From Abditibacterium sp. (GTDB lineage: Bacteria > Armatimonadota > Abditibacteriia > Abditibacteriales > Abditibacteriaceae): 64,000 nucleotides of DNA. The position numbers and the translations under genes are program-made. The notes beneath the pieces were generated by a model. The model searched no databases. It had not been told where the DNA came from and saw only the letters and a list, made by a program, of their open reading frames with translations. The stretch lies in assembly GCA_965199495.1 (NCBI GenBank), contig CBDASK010000003.1, positions 544,001-608,000 of the forward strand, written 5' to 3'. Below are positions 39,701-47,434 of the stretch, piece by piece. Position 1 is the first letter of the stretch, and each line of letters begins with the position of its first letter.

Positions 39701-40801
39701 GATGAGCCACGTGTGCGGCGGCAGCGTCACCGTCGCGTGCGTGTCATCGGTGCGAGTGATGGCGAAACTTTGGCCCGCGTCGTCATAAAAGCGGGCGCCC
39801 AACGTCAGTTTGCCGCTGCCCTGATTGATCACTTCGAGGTCGAAATCTCCGGTGATGCCCGCCGAGGCGCCGAACCCGATCAGCAGGTTGCGCGCGCCCG
39901 CATCAACGGCGAAATCGTCGGCGCCGTGCGGCGCGATGAAGAGGCGAATTTCCGGCAGATACAGTCCTGTCCAGCTTTCATCGAAGCCGAACTGCGCCAA
40001 AACATCGGGCGGTGTCGAGTTATCCGACAAATCGAGCGTGGCGGAGCGAAACCCAAATCCCACCACTTTCGATGGCCCGATAAACGCGTAAGGCGGCTCC
40101 ATCGTCACCAACTGCGCGACCCCGATATCTTCGGTGGCATCGAGCGAACTGGCGCCCAACGACAGCAACTCCACCGTGAGCGGCGCAACCACGCCCGAAC
40201 CCTGCGCCAAGCGTATTTTGATGCGCGGCAGGCTAATTTTAACCGAAGTTTTGGTGGTATCTTCGACGAGTTGCCCGTTGGGAAGCAATTGCGCGGGCCG
40301 CAAAAATGGGGGGCGCAACACGATTGTGGTCAGCAGCAGATCGAGCGTAAATTCGGTGTCGGGATAATCGGACGGCGACGAAACGGCGGGCGTGGCGTCG
40401 AGCGCGGCCAAAACCGCCGCAGACGGCGCAAATGCGGGCGCGCCGCCAATGGCTCCGACCGCCGCCACCACTTTTTGCGAGGCAACACGCGGCGCAGAAA
40501 GTTGAAACTCGATGTGGGCGTCGCGAATATCGAACCACGGATCGCGGCGTCCATCATCGTTGGAGGGATGGCCTTCGGTGTTTTCGGCCTGCACGCCAAA
40601 CGTCATGGTGGACGGGTCAACGAAGGGATGAACTTCGCCGCTAAAACGAGCGACGCCGCTAATCACGATGCCGGTTTCATCGGTGGCCACCGAATGTTCA
40701 TCAACAAACATCACCGACAGCGCGGCGTGCCACGCCCCGAAACTATCGCCCAGCAACGCGTAGCTGCTGATGAGATCGAACAATGCGAGATCGAATGCCA
40801 T
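33722..40801 (-). CDS. Giant hypothetical protein (2359 aa) with a DUF6603-like region and an embedded OmpA-like domain
   Basis: VEFPVAIPLATSGLGIYGFLGLFAMN..WAFGVGAILGT..GVVLLELPGP (DUF6603-like); FFRFDQ..ITIHGFSS..YNTALARRRA (OmpA C-terminal-like); AAAGGTGAT RBS; no signal peptide. Confidence 0.8.
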   Translation of the reverse strand: MAFDLALFDLISSYALLGDSFGAWHAALSVMFVDEHSVATDETGIVISGVARFSGEVHPFVDPSTMTFGVQAENTEGHPSNDDGRRDPWFDIRDAHIEFQLSAPRVASQKVVAAVGAIGGAPAFAPSAAVLAALDATPAVSSPSDYPDTEFTLDLLLTTIVLRPPFLRPAQLLPNGQLVEDTTKTSVKISLPRIKIRLAQGSGVVAPLTVELLSLGASSLDATEDIGVAQLVTMEPPYAFIGPSKVVGFGFRSATLDLSDNSTPPDVLAQFGFDESWTGLYLPEIRLFIAPHGADDFAVDAGARNLLIGFGASAGITGDFDLEVINQGSGKLTLGARFYDDAGQSFAITRTDDTHATVTLPPHTWLIVDVNGGLTPYNASVGFDGAAPTAGRVFECDLSSANPRTILISVTDSRPTPLTATLTAVANRLPASLPAPPGTALPAGSAPAQIETLSATRGGLEVGAPRLTLSGETPATATVKLATDVPTNARWTVGGVDKGTSLTVQVDLAAGASVPVSAEVPGAAATDHFEAFFRFDQPPARTSDGRLSTDDGTRAFAQIEDNPPSTTRSTNTSHAADEGLTAPWPEGTSAGSGIAPLLANLPAGTAITIHGFSSFEAPGADKLVYNTALARRRALGLQAIIAAHQGAKNFAFPDTAADMTHWNAAEQGGGAGQRSLFWKAIASWPAQPIPGTITTGRVFRDAPTPIVPAPLPDNPTTTAATQPPPPDWFKEVGAKVRIVQNQFVACEVFGKFDIQTSSERMLRQGGVSDANMPALRRLGSNPSDGIIDLRVVVQIDDATDIVTVSGYFGADPADKDGLMMTGSLPGEALAPRNLGRNYLGMAIAFMPLLSAAASAVAGDGALAEIGVTAATLALPFTLGSLPFLNVERVIWYGGELTVQVRPDGTQVVALFDFETAISANIADLITIPPEAPLVVRYKAIGLLLGNPPGQPKFQARPMFDASKGYTIDVSRPGAIQVAQPLGQILKVLGARIARNNPLILEIDLGFAIDLGVVSIDRARVRLKLDPPGIPELTAFGAGIDIPGAIQGRGYLELNQNEIKGQIDLTIVPVQVRIAAGVGIAHIDPDKTAVIVTLSVEFPVAIPLATSGLGIYGFLGLFAMNYARNEQDFAGGSVTPALAWLKATGGNPTDIAFWKPKADTWAFGVGAILGTMGSSVIFNLKGVVLLELPGPRLLLMMKAKVLAVIPELKGNAEGNFLAVIDLDFGRGTLTVGLSILFDIDPLLKISIPVEAFFDFNHTEKWRLFVGRYLDQVQAKVLQVFDASGYLMLSGDGLSGIGSLPAVTGFSIATGLHVSFTWGGGPLFARLSAGFDAIIGFSPFRLAGTLTVRGTLHLFIIDISAWADLHVDIGEDGAGNKTSHIWGDICGEVHFFFFSVKGCVSFSLGPDNVPPAPLPNLVASLKLISRSPALVLGTGVDKPIDSGIGDAVGGDPKDGDTPPPDPTTPPDPHDPSQPRQWPVVPIDAIPSLLMAMPPLQDPALKFLGQPIGGTPEAPADGWVQRGDTWYQYSLKSVELVTGGVTTGQTPATWWKPKTGKAALEAQLALLSWVPDATPKALGSSKYLDEMIAEQWGTVCQPAAPATSIFWTFLRSNLGVSASGWNLNGIALPDPPGTISSTPPDTAIHVSERWRSGDALADQLRGIVAAQVEGSAVACPDRDPFGNPDGPRNPLGNANRGGVFAGINPITAIRGGESLETTSLQSLTLSDALASFASGEAVGRADLLNLSLSDTRAASNGQGGCFARVLASPVLDNGEPVAFGNPTRKDLVAAGWEKAKFRPGPLDDAVVFETGAFEFARFYLWIPERLLRSGAIVVAASDGDDNFFDQHIVTSDDLLPPLSFPPAWNDASSPWHRSVVLVTEMLPTRKGYVGVFVQIKGGAKADRVQIGATRESRRIRQTITARPFYVAAFEARRTAEVQRFDYDDSQQTIKQGTLEKALGLDSADNALLLADQTYQIRVTWNVNIQKPAPDTHPSGGTPGADIKQSFWFRTDNAPPARLDPYVLVGLPGEGEKHFFASEPVRVVFASNNLVLLFDAYGKKLQARLRPASFRPVEPPPGVKHPHPLDSTTLVPVKAAILSPWEDAVQSAIQGSCVPVKGERVRHSMVTIPIPLDLYTDYLLDIEMLDKSAPDGSPGTRIWRETFTTGGFRSLEEFAQSFQIVRVGHRGVHSADNGKLQAIGTNFASRAPQGHEFDTALQNAGLDALPVPKAPQALVFWESSGGAPQPVAILLDASEPMQRSRPIPTEIFDSTLAAAKHFEMVDTRWLDIAQAAGGDDIVDKIVVAPGGQRALITLKNGARDKHLKLAFKRIAQTAPYLDGAAATDSFVPVLDVQLANAPWEEIN

Positions 40802-41271
40802 GAAGGATCACCTTTTTGCTGCTCTTTTGCTCAATTGAAACTAAAAAATGGGATTATCTTATATTTTTCCGTGACTTTATTAAATGAATGATTACGCCAG
40901 AGATGTTATCAACGCCTCCCCTAAAGATGTCTATTGTGATTTCAATCGGTGTCTCTCTTTCTCAGAATTTTGTTCGTTAACATCCTATTTACATCTTTTT
41001 TATTGCCACTGACAATTCAATTATTGCACAATAATTCATTATAATTTTGTGCAAATCAAGAACCGAACGCGATAAGTTTTCCAACTAATTTTTGTGCCTT
41101 GTTGTAGCAGAGAAAAACACAAAATTAGTTAGGGAATCATGAGGGACGTGTTAAGGCTGCGCATTATGCAATAACTCGCTGGGCGTGGTTACGCGAAAAA
41201 TTGCCGAATATTCCCATCGTCTATATTTCCGTTGATGCTTTCATGAAATAATAAATCTTGTGCAGTGTCCT

Positions 41272-41490
41272 GTTTGGAGCGCGGGCTTTAGCATCTTGAT
41301 TATTTAACCGAGAAGTCCAAGTTGGTCGCAACCACATTTGTCCTGCGAGACTAACATGAGTCCCGCTAAGACATCGCTTGCTGCTGCTGCTCGGTTAGGA
41401 AGTCAAGGTGCTTTAGCCCGTCTGGACGTTGAACTCGCGTTGAATTTGGGCGGATGCGTGGTTTAACAGGCTAAAGCCCGCGCTCCAAAC
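41272..41490. repeat. REP doublet (same family as 26242-26337), interrupted by a MITE
   Basis: GTTTGGAGCGCGGGCTTTA|insert|GCCCGT..GGCTAAAGCCCGCGCTCCAAAC. Confidence 0.8.
41291..41411. mobile_element. 121-bp MITE inserted in a REP arm
   Basis: Imperfect 22-bp TIRs GCATCTTGATTATTTAACCGAG / CTCGGTTAGGAAGTCAAGGTGC, flanked by TTTA/TTTA. Confidence 0.75.
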
Positions 41491-41505
41491 GGCCCACTGA
41501 ACAGG

Positions 41506-42987
41506 CTATGGTTGGGGCAAATTGGGCACGAAATGACCCTGGCGCGTGTTGCCGATCCATTCCCATTTGAGGTTGTCTTTGGCGCCCGCTTGTTGCGGCA
41601 CGTCGGAACGATAGGCGGCCCACATCGCATCTACAAAAGCATCGTGGGAGTGGCCTTCGCTTTTGGGACGCGGCGTGGCTCCTCGTCCGGCGGCGTAATC
41701 GTCTTGTTGAGCCATCCATCGGTCGCTATAATCAAAAAACGCATCGTGATTCCACAGGGCTTTGGCGCCCATCAGTTCCACGGCGAGCGCGGTTCCCGGA
41801 TAACCGCCCGATACGACGGTGCGATAGCCTTCGGATTTCTTGTCGCTATCGTTCCAGGTCGTCGGGTCTTTTTCTTCATAGGGCTGGCGCGGAAACGTGT
41901 GGTAGGCCATTTGGTAGAGCGCCTTCTGGGCCGCCGCGCCCTGACCGAAATAGGTCTGCTGGTCTTCGGAGAAAAGCGTTGTGGAAGCCAATTTTTGCAG
42001 GTCTTGATCGCCCAGCATCAAACCGGCGAACATCAGCGGCCACTTGCGTCCGTTCCAATGGCCGCCGTCGGCGCTCCACTCGCGGCCCGACCGGGCCAAA
42101 CCGCCGGTATCAATGCCGAATTGCACGAATTCAACCATCAATTTTTGTTTGCGCGAGGGCGGCACATCGAGCATCAGCATCAGCGAGGCAATCGAACCGA
42201 CGCGCGAGAATTCGCGCCCGTAGTTCGCCTGATTTTCGTAAGGCCCGGTATCCTGAAAATACCATGCTTCGATGTGATCGAGCCACGGGCGCTGAAAATA
42301 ACGCTCGTATTGCTCCCACGAAGGCCCATCCTTCACCTGTTTCAACTGCGGCAGGATGTCCCATTTGATGTTCTTGGTTTCGTAGATTGGCTTTTGAGTC
42401 CCGGCATAGGGCGGGCGAAAGGCGTCGGCGGGCGGCGCGGAGGGCAAACAGGTCAGGATCGCCGCACTCTGCAAGGCGGCGGGGCCAGTTTTCTCCTTTG
42501 TCCACATCATCGGCGCGAGCAGCATCGGCGCGGGAAAGATCTCGTTGCTGATGGTCGAAATCAGCGATTGGTTGGGCTGCAAAGCCACAGGATAAGCGAC
42601 CGTGAGTTCGGGCTTGTAGTTTTTGAGCCGTGAGTCGTAACCCTGATTTGGCCCCGGTTTATCCACAATCATCGAGCCGTTTCGCAAGCGGTCGTCATCC
42701 TGCATGGCGACGGCGCCATAGATGCTTTTCACGGTGTCAATGCCCGCGCCAACCGTCGTCATAGAGCCAGAAACGGGGGTCACGCTTTCGACTTTGACCG
42801 GCCCAACGACCCAGTAATCGCCTGTGACGAATTGGCCCACGGGATACGGTTTATCAAAGTGCCAGGTGATGCCATATTGCGTGATTTCCTGCGCGTTTTC
42901 GGCGTGCGCCGGGAAGTTATGAAACAGGAAGATTCCTGCCAGAGCGATAGCAGTTGTTGTCAAAGGAATTTGAAATTTGAGATTCAT
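41506..42987 (-). CDS. Secreted hypothetical protein
   Basis: Signal peptide (..FPAHA-EN); 493-aa ORF rich in W/Y; no recognised domain. Confidence 0.75.
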   Translation of the reverse strand: MNLKFQIPLTTTAIALAGIFLFHNFPAHAENAQEITQYGITWHFDKPYPVGQFVTGDYWVVGPVKVESVTPVSGSMTTVGAGIDTVKSIYGAVAMQDDDRLRNGSMIVDKPGPNQGYDSRLKNYKPELTVAYPVALQPNQSLISTISNEIFPAPMLLAPMMWTKEKTGPAALQSAAILTCLPSAPPADAFRPPYAGTQKPIYETKNIKWDILPQLKQVKDGPSWEQYERYFQRPWLDHIEAWYFQDTGPYENQANYGREFSRVGSIASLMLMLDVPPSRKQKLMVEFVQFGIDTGGLARSGREWSADGGHWNGRKWPLMFAGLMLGDQDLQKLASTTLFSEDQQTYFGQGAAAQKALYQMAYHTFPRQPYEEKDPTTWNDSDKKSEGYRTVVSGGYPGTALAVELMGAKALWNHDAFFDYSDRWMAQQDDYAAGRGATPRPKSEGHSHDAFVDAMWAAYRSDVPQQAGAKDNLKWEWIGNTRQGHFVPNLPQP

Positions 42988-43034
42988 GGCGGTGAATGTA
43001 GGCGAGAGAACGGACGTAAGTTTTCTTTGTAGAG

Positions 43035-44168
43035 TTAATTTTTCAGCAGCGCTTGTCCCTTATCGGGAACCGCTTTGACCAGCGCGTATTTCGCTCCGTC
43101 GTGTTCGACGACGCTCGCCGAAATCGCTTTAGAGTTTTGCGTTGCGGTCACGGTATTCCAGCCATCGGGCAAGCGCACTTTGACCGTCAAGGGAGTATTG
43201 AAAGCATCGTCAGCCATGCGATCTGTGAGCGTGAAAGCGATGTGGTCGCTCGTGTTTTCCTCGACTTTGAGCGTGGCGGTATCGCGTTCCTGCCCGTAGA
43301 GCGCGACATCTCCGAACTGGCCGAGCCACAAATCGTCGCGTTTGGCGTCGATGAAATCAAAAAGCGGTTGAACTTTTGCCGGGTCGCCGACGCGGTGGAA
43401 AAGCTGGATGCTCCAACCGCGATAATAAAGGTTTTTCGGCTCAAAGAGTTTGTAGGGATCGGCCCAGGGCGCTTTCAGGTTGCCAACGTTCACCGAACTC
43501 ACGGAATTGGTTCTCATGTAGGAGATTTTGTTGGCCGCGTTCAGCGTGCCCACGTTTCCGCGAGCGGCGTTGTAATACTTGGCGGCCACGGCGGGATCAT
43601 TGTTGTCCGAGCCTTTGCCGCCGGGATAAGCGAGAAAGCGGACTTTATGCCCCGGAAGATTGGCGTCAAGTTGATCTTGAGAATGGGCGTATTCCCAGTC
43701 AATGCCTTTCCAACCCGGCCCCGTATCTTTGAAATGCGTGACGGAGTGCGATTCGACATTTTGCCCCTCTTTGAGAACTCGCGCCCACAAAGCCCAAGTG
43801 CCCCCATAAGATTCTTGAGGCGTAACATTTCCGCTAATGACGAACCACGTCACCGGAAATTTGTAGGCCTTGGTTTTTTCTAGCCACCAGTCCACGTCCG
43901 GCGCCGAGTTGTCGTCCACCGTCACGCTGAGAGCAACGAGCTTGTCGTCGTCCCACAGACAAATCGAGGCGTTACCGGCCTTTTCGGGCCAGACTTTATC
44001 GGTGATTTTGAAGCGCGGATTTTTCGGGACTTCGGCCAAATTCATCAATTGATTGCCTGGGGCAGGAGCGGGCGACGCGGCAGGTCTGTCTCCGGTTATT
44101 GGTTCGGCATGCAAGGCACAAGACGAAACCAGAAGGGACAGGGGAATTAGCCGGGTGAGAGATTTCAT
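43035..44168 (-). CDS. Secreted polysaccharide deacetylase-family protein
   Basis: ALSVTVDD, VTWFVI, VESHSVTH, LAYPGG, LFH; signal peptide. Start could be 44213. Confidence 0.8.
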   Translation of the reverse strand: MKSLTRLIPLSLLVSSCALHAEPITGDRPAASPAPAPGNQLMNLAEVPKNPRFKITDKVWPEKAGNASICLWDDDKLVALSVTVDDNSAPDVDWWLEKTKAYKFPVTWFVISGNVTPQESYGGTWALWARVLKEGQNVESHSVTHFKDTGPGWKGIDWEYAHSQDQLDANLPGHKVRFLAYPGGKGSDNNDPAVAAKYYNAARGNVGTLNAANKISYMRTNSVSSVNVGNLKAPWADPYKLFEPKNLYYRGWSIQLFHRVGDPAKVQPLFDFIDAKRDDLWLGQFGDVALYGQERDTATLKVEENTSDHIAFTLTDRMADDAFNTPLTVKVRLPDGWNTVTATQNSKAISASVVEHDGAKYALVKAVPDKGQALLKN

Positions 44169-44247
44169 TTTGATCGGATGGAAGTATGATGGAGCTGTGA
44201 GTAAAGAGTTCAATCAGAGGATTGAACTCTTTATAGTTGTTTTGGGT

Positions 44248-44730
44248 TCAAAATTGAATCATTGAATTCCACTTCGATTGTGCAACGGTGCAGCGTCGCG
44301 TCGTTTCTCGCTCAACGAGTTCGACCGGAAATGTTTCACGATGAGCGGGATGTGCCCCGACGTGGCTGCGTTCTTCGGTCAGCAACTGCACGGCGCGCCG
44401 CCCCATTTCTTGGCGGGAAAAACGAATTGAAGTCAGGCCGGGCGCCAAGGCGTATTGAGCAGCCACGTCGAAGCCAATGACACTCGCGTCTTCGGGCACT
44501 CGCAGACCACTCTCTTGCAAGGCTCGAATCGCACCCATCGCGACCATATCGTTGTGGCAGACCAACGCCGTGAAGGGCCATGTTTTTTCGCGGCTCAGGC
44601 GTTCGAGCATTTTTTGCATGGTGGCGTGGCTCGAAGGCACTCCCAGAGAAATGAGGGTTTGTTCGTGCGTTCCTCTCATTTCATCGCTCCACGCGTTGGA
44701 GTAAAGATCAAAAGATCGGTCGCTGGGAGT
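44248..44730 (-). pseudogene. C-terminal LacI-type ligand-binding domain fragment of a regulator
   Basis: FTALVCHNDMVAMGAIRAL..LRVPEDASVIGFD..LTSI..MGRRAVQLL..LVERET; no HTH, and an upstream in-frame stop. Confidence 0.75.
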
Positions 44731-44753
44731 TTAAACCTCTTCTTCCAAATATA

Positions 44754-46103
44754 TCAGACTTCACTTTTGCTTTTGCAGGGCGTTTGCCCTGAGAATTCTA
44801 CCCGCGCCAACACGCCGTTTTCGTGTTGGCTCAGTTCGACTTGCCAATTGTTGGCGCGCGCGAGGGCCGCCACAATCGAAAGCCCCAATCCGTTGCCGCC
44901 GGTTTGCGAATTGCGCGCTTCGTCGGGCCGAAAAAACGGCTCGAACCAAGCGGACAAATCGGTTTCTGCGGGCAATTCGCAGGCGTTCCACATGCGCAAT
45001 TGTGCGCCCCTTTGTTGGGCGTGAATTTCCAATTGCAACACGCTATCGGGCGTCGCGTATTTGACGGCGTTTTCCAGCAGATTGCGCAACAGCATTTCGA
45101 CGTGAGCGGGCGGCGCCTCGATTTCGATTTCTTCCAAACGCGTTTCCAAATGCAAACCGCGCGCTTCTATAATCTCGCATTGTTGCATCAACGCGTTTTG
45201 CGCGCATTGTCGCAAATCGAGCGGCGCGGGCGCGGTTTGCACCTGGCGCATTTCGAGCGCGTTGAGCTGCAATAAGTCCTGCACCAACGATTTCAGGCGC
45301 TTGGTTTCGCCGTGAACCTGGCCCAGCGCCTCGCGATAAAACGGGCCGGAGCGTGGGCGCGTAAGCGTCACTTCGACTTCGCCCAACAGCGCCTGAATCG
45401 GCGTGCGCAGTTCGTGCGAAGCCGCCGCGTAAAACCGCCCGCGCGCCTGCGCTTCGTGTTCGAGGCGCTCCAACAGACCGTTGAGCGTGCGCGTGAGATG
45501 CAGCATTTCGGCGTCGCTTGAGGGCGCGTGCAGTCGCACCGCCAGACTTTCGATGGACGCGTTTTGCGCTTGCTCGGCCAATTTATCGAGCGGCGACAGC
45601 GTCCTGCCGACGATGAGCCACGCCGCCAAAGTCGTCGCGCTGATGACGAATAAACTCAACTGCCACAGCGCGACAGAAGTTTCGTGCAAATCTTCGGCAA
45701 CCGGCGCGAAGTCGCGCGCCAGAATTAAGGTTTGTCCGCCCTGCGAAACCTGCGCGGTGCGCCAGTTCGCGCCGACGTTGGGCCAATTGGGGACGTGGCT
45801 GCGCGAACGCCACAACACGCGGTTGTCCTTGTTTTGCACGACGAGCATCGCCAGCCCGCCCGCCGCGATTTCGTTGGAATCGGAAGTTACCGACTTCAGC
45901 AAAGTGCGTTGCTCCGGCGCGTCTCCATCAATTTCATCGTGCGCGCGTTCGCGCGCGACCGCCAGAATCTCGCGCGAACGTTTTTCGGCGCGGCGCGTTT
46001 CGTGGCGCTGCACGGCGACGGCGCTCACGCCCATCATAAGCGCGACAAACAGCGCGAACAACGCCGTTACACGCGCCCGTATCGAACGAAATTTGGCGTT
46101 CAT
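44754..46103 (-). CDS. Membrane sensor histidine kinase (HAMP-HisKA-HATPase)
   Basis: Two TM segments, ASHELRTPI, NLLENAVKY, FEPFFR, GNGLGLSIV. Confidence 0.92.
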   Translation of the reverse strand: MNAKFRSIRARVTALFALFVALMMGVSAVAVQRHETRRAEKRSREILAVARERAHDEIDGDAPEQRTLLKSVTSDSNEIAAGGLAMLVVQNKDNRVLWRSRSHVPNWPNVGANWRTAQVSQGGQTLILARDFAPVAEDLHETSVALWQLSLFVISATTLAAWLIVGRTLSPLDKLAEQAQNASIESLAVRLHAPSSDAEMLHLTRTLNGLLERLEHEAQARGRFYAAASHELRTPIQALLGEVEVTLTRPRSGPFYREALGQVHGETKRLKSLVQDLLQLNALEMRQVQTAPAPLDLRQCAQNALMQQCEIIEARGLHLETRLEEIEIEAPPAHVEMLLRNLLENAVKYATPDSVLQLEIHAQQRGAQLRMWNACELPAETDLSAWFEPFFRPDEARNSQTGGNGLGLSIVAALARANNWQVELSQHENGVLARVEFSGQTPCKSKSEV

Positions 46104-46113
46104 TTATTTCAGT

Positions 46114-46779
46114 CTATTTCAGTCCCAAACGGTAGCCGACGCCGCGCGAAGTGTGAATGAGCGGCTCGCGGCCCCTGTCAATTTTGGCGCGCAGATAACC
46201 GATGTAAACGTCCAAAACGTTGTCCTGCCCAGCGAAATCGTATTGCCAGACGTGATCTAAAATAACGGAGCGTGGCACCGTTTTCCCCGCGTTTCGCATC
46301 AGATATTCCAGCAGCGAATACTCGGTTGCCGAAAGCCGAATATCTTTCCCATCGCGATGGGCAAAACGGGTGTCGGTATCGAGCGTCAAGTCGCCGACTT
46401 GCAGCCGCGTCGTGCCCGGATCGTCGCGCCGCAACAGCGCCCGCATCCGCGCTAAAATTTCGGCGACGTGAAACGGTTTGCAGACGTAATCATCGGCGCC
46501 CGCGTCCAAACCGGCGATTTTGTCTTCCAAAGTATCGCGCGCGGTGATAATCAAAATCAGCGATTTGACGCGCGCCTCGCGCAGCGCGCGGCAGACTTCG
46601 AGTCCGTTCATGCCGGGCAGCATTACGTCCAATAAAATCAAATCAAAACCCTGATTTTTGGCGACGGATAACGCGCGCGCGCCATTGGCCTCGACGTGCG
46701 GCGCGTAACCCGCTTCCTCGCACGCGCGCCGCAGAAAACGCGATACGCCCGGCTCGTCCTCGACAATTAAAACTTTCAT
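46114..46779 (-). CDS. OmpR/PhoB-family response regulator
   Basis: VLIVEDE, LLDVMLP, GLDAGADDYVCKPF, NVLDVYIGYLRAKI, RGVGY. Confidence 0.95.
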   Translation of the reverse strand: MKVLIVEDEPGVSRFLRRACEEAGYAPHVEANGARALSVAKNQGFDLILLDVMLPGMNGLEVCRALREARVKSLILIITARDTLEDKIAGLDAGADDYVCKPFHVAEILARMRALLRRDDPGTTRLQVGDLTLDTDTRFAHRDGKDIRLSATEYSLLEYLMRNAGKTVPRSVILDHVWQYDFAGQDNVLDVYIGYLRAKIDRGREPLIHTSRGVGYRLGLK

Positions 46780-46795
46780 GATGCTGGATAATTTA

Positions 46796-46829
46796 CAAAA
46801 GGCTCTCGCCGCGTGGCGGGAGCCTTTTG
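46796..46829 (-). terminator. Intrinsic terminator-like hairpin between the PepSY gene and the regulator
   Basis: CAAAAGGCTCTCGCC-GCGT-GGCGGGAGCCTTTTG. Confidence 0.7.
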
Positions 46830-46846
46830 AAGTGAAAACAAAGAGA

Positions 46847-47233
46847 TCAATCTTTGTCGGTTTCGCCCTGCTCGTTCATTTCGCCTTTTTCGCCCGCTTC
46901 GTCGGCTTCTTTTTCCTTCTCGTCGTCGGCTTCGACAGCGATGACTTTGCCGGTGGCTGCGTTGACGCCGACTTCGTATTTTTTGCCATCGCTGGCGACG
47001 ATTTCGACATCCACTTTGGTGACACCGTTTTCGGTTTCCATTGCGACGCCCGCCACATTACCGGCTTTGGCTTTGGCCGCCGTGTTGATGGCGCGCGTGA
47101 CGGTCGTGGCTGGCAAGGCGACTTCGGTTTCAGATTCGCCGCCGCCCGCGAAGGCGATGCCCGCGACCGCACCCGAAATCGCGACGACGCCAATGGCGCT
47201 CCACAGAATGCTTTTTTTGTTGAATTGTTTCAT
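46847..47233 (-). CDS. Secreted PepSY-domain protein with an acidic tail
   Basis: AINTAAKAKAGNV..DVEIVASDGKKYEVGVNAATGKVI; signal peptide. Confidence 0.85.
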   Translation of the reverse strand: MKQFNKKSILWSAIGVVAISGAVAGIAFAGGGESETEVALPATTVTRAINTAAKAKAGNVAGVAMETENGVTKVDVEIVASDGKKYEVGVNAATGKVIAVEADDEKEKEADEAGEKGEMNEQGETDKD

Positions 47234-47288
47234 GATGTGTTGCGTTGACCTGCTTGGCGGGTCGAACGTGTCGCAAGTATCGGCGCCG

Positions 47289-47367
47289 AATCTGAGAGTT
47301 ATCTAAGCGCAAGTTAAGAATTTTTCGGTCGGTTTCGGCGAGCATTTATTCTGAACGAATTCTTAGG
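47289..47367. promoter_or_regulatory. Divergent 11-bp-period regulator boxes
   Basis: CTGAG/CTAAG/TTAAG at 47292/47303/47314 (for the minus-strand gene) and TTCTGAAC-N3-TTCTTAGG at 47349/47360 (for the plus-strand gene). Confidence 0.6.
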
Positions 47368-47434
47368 CGCGGGCAGCGAGAACAAAGCATAACTTGAAGC
47401 CACTCTCGCACGGCGGAACTCGCCAGCCACCACC

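Noticed and set aside
26526..40801. Prophage or complete contractile injection system
   Set aside because: Only one tail-type module; no capsid, terminase, sheath, tube, VgrG or baseplate genes recognised in the window.
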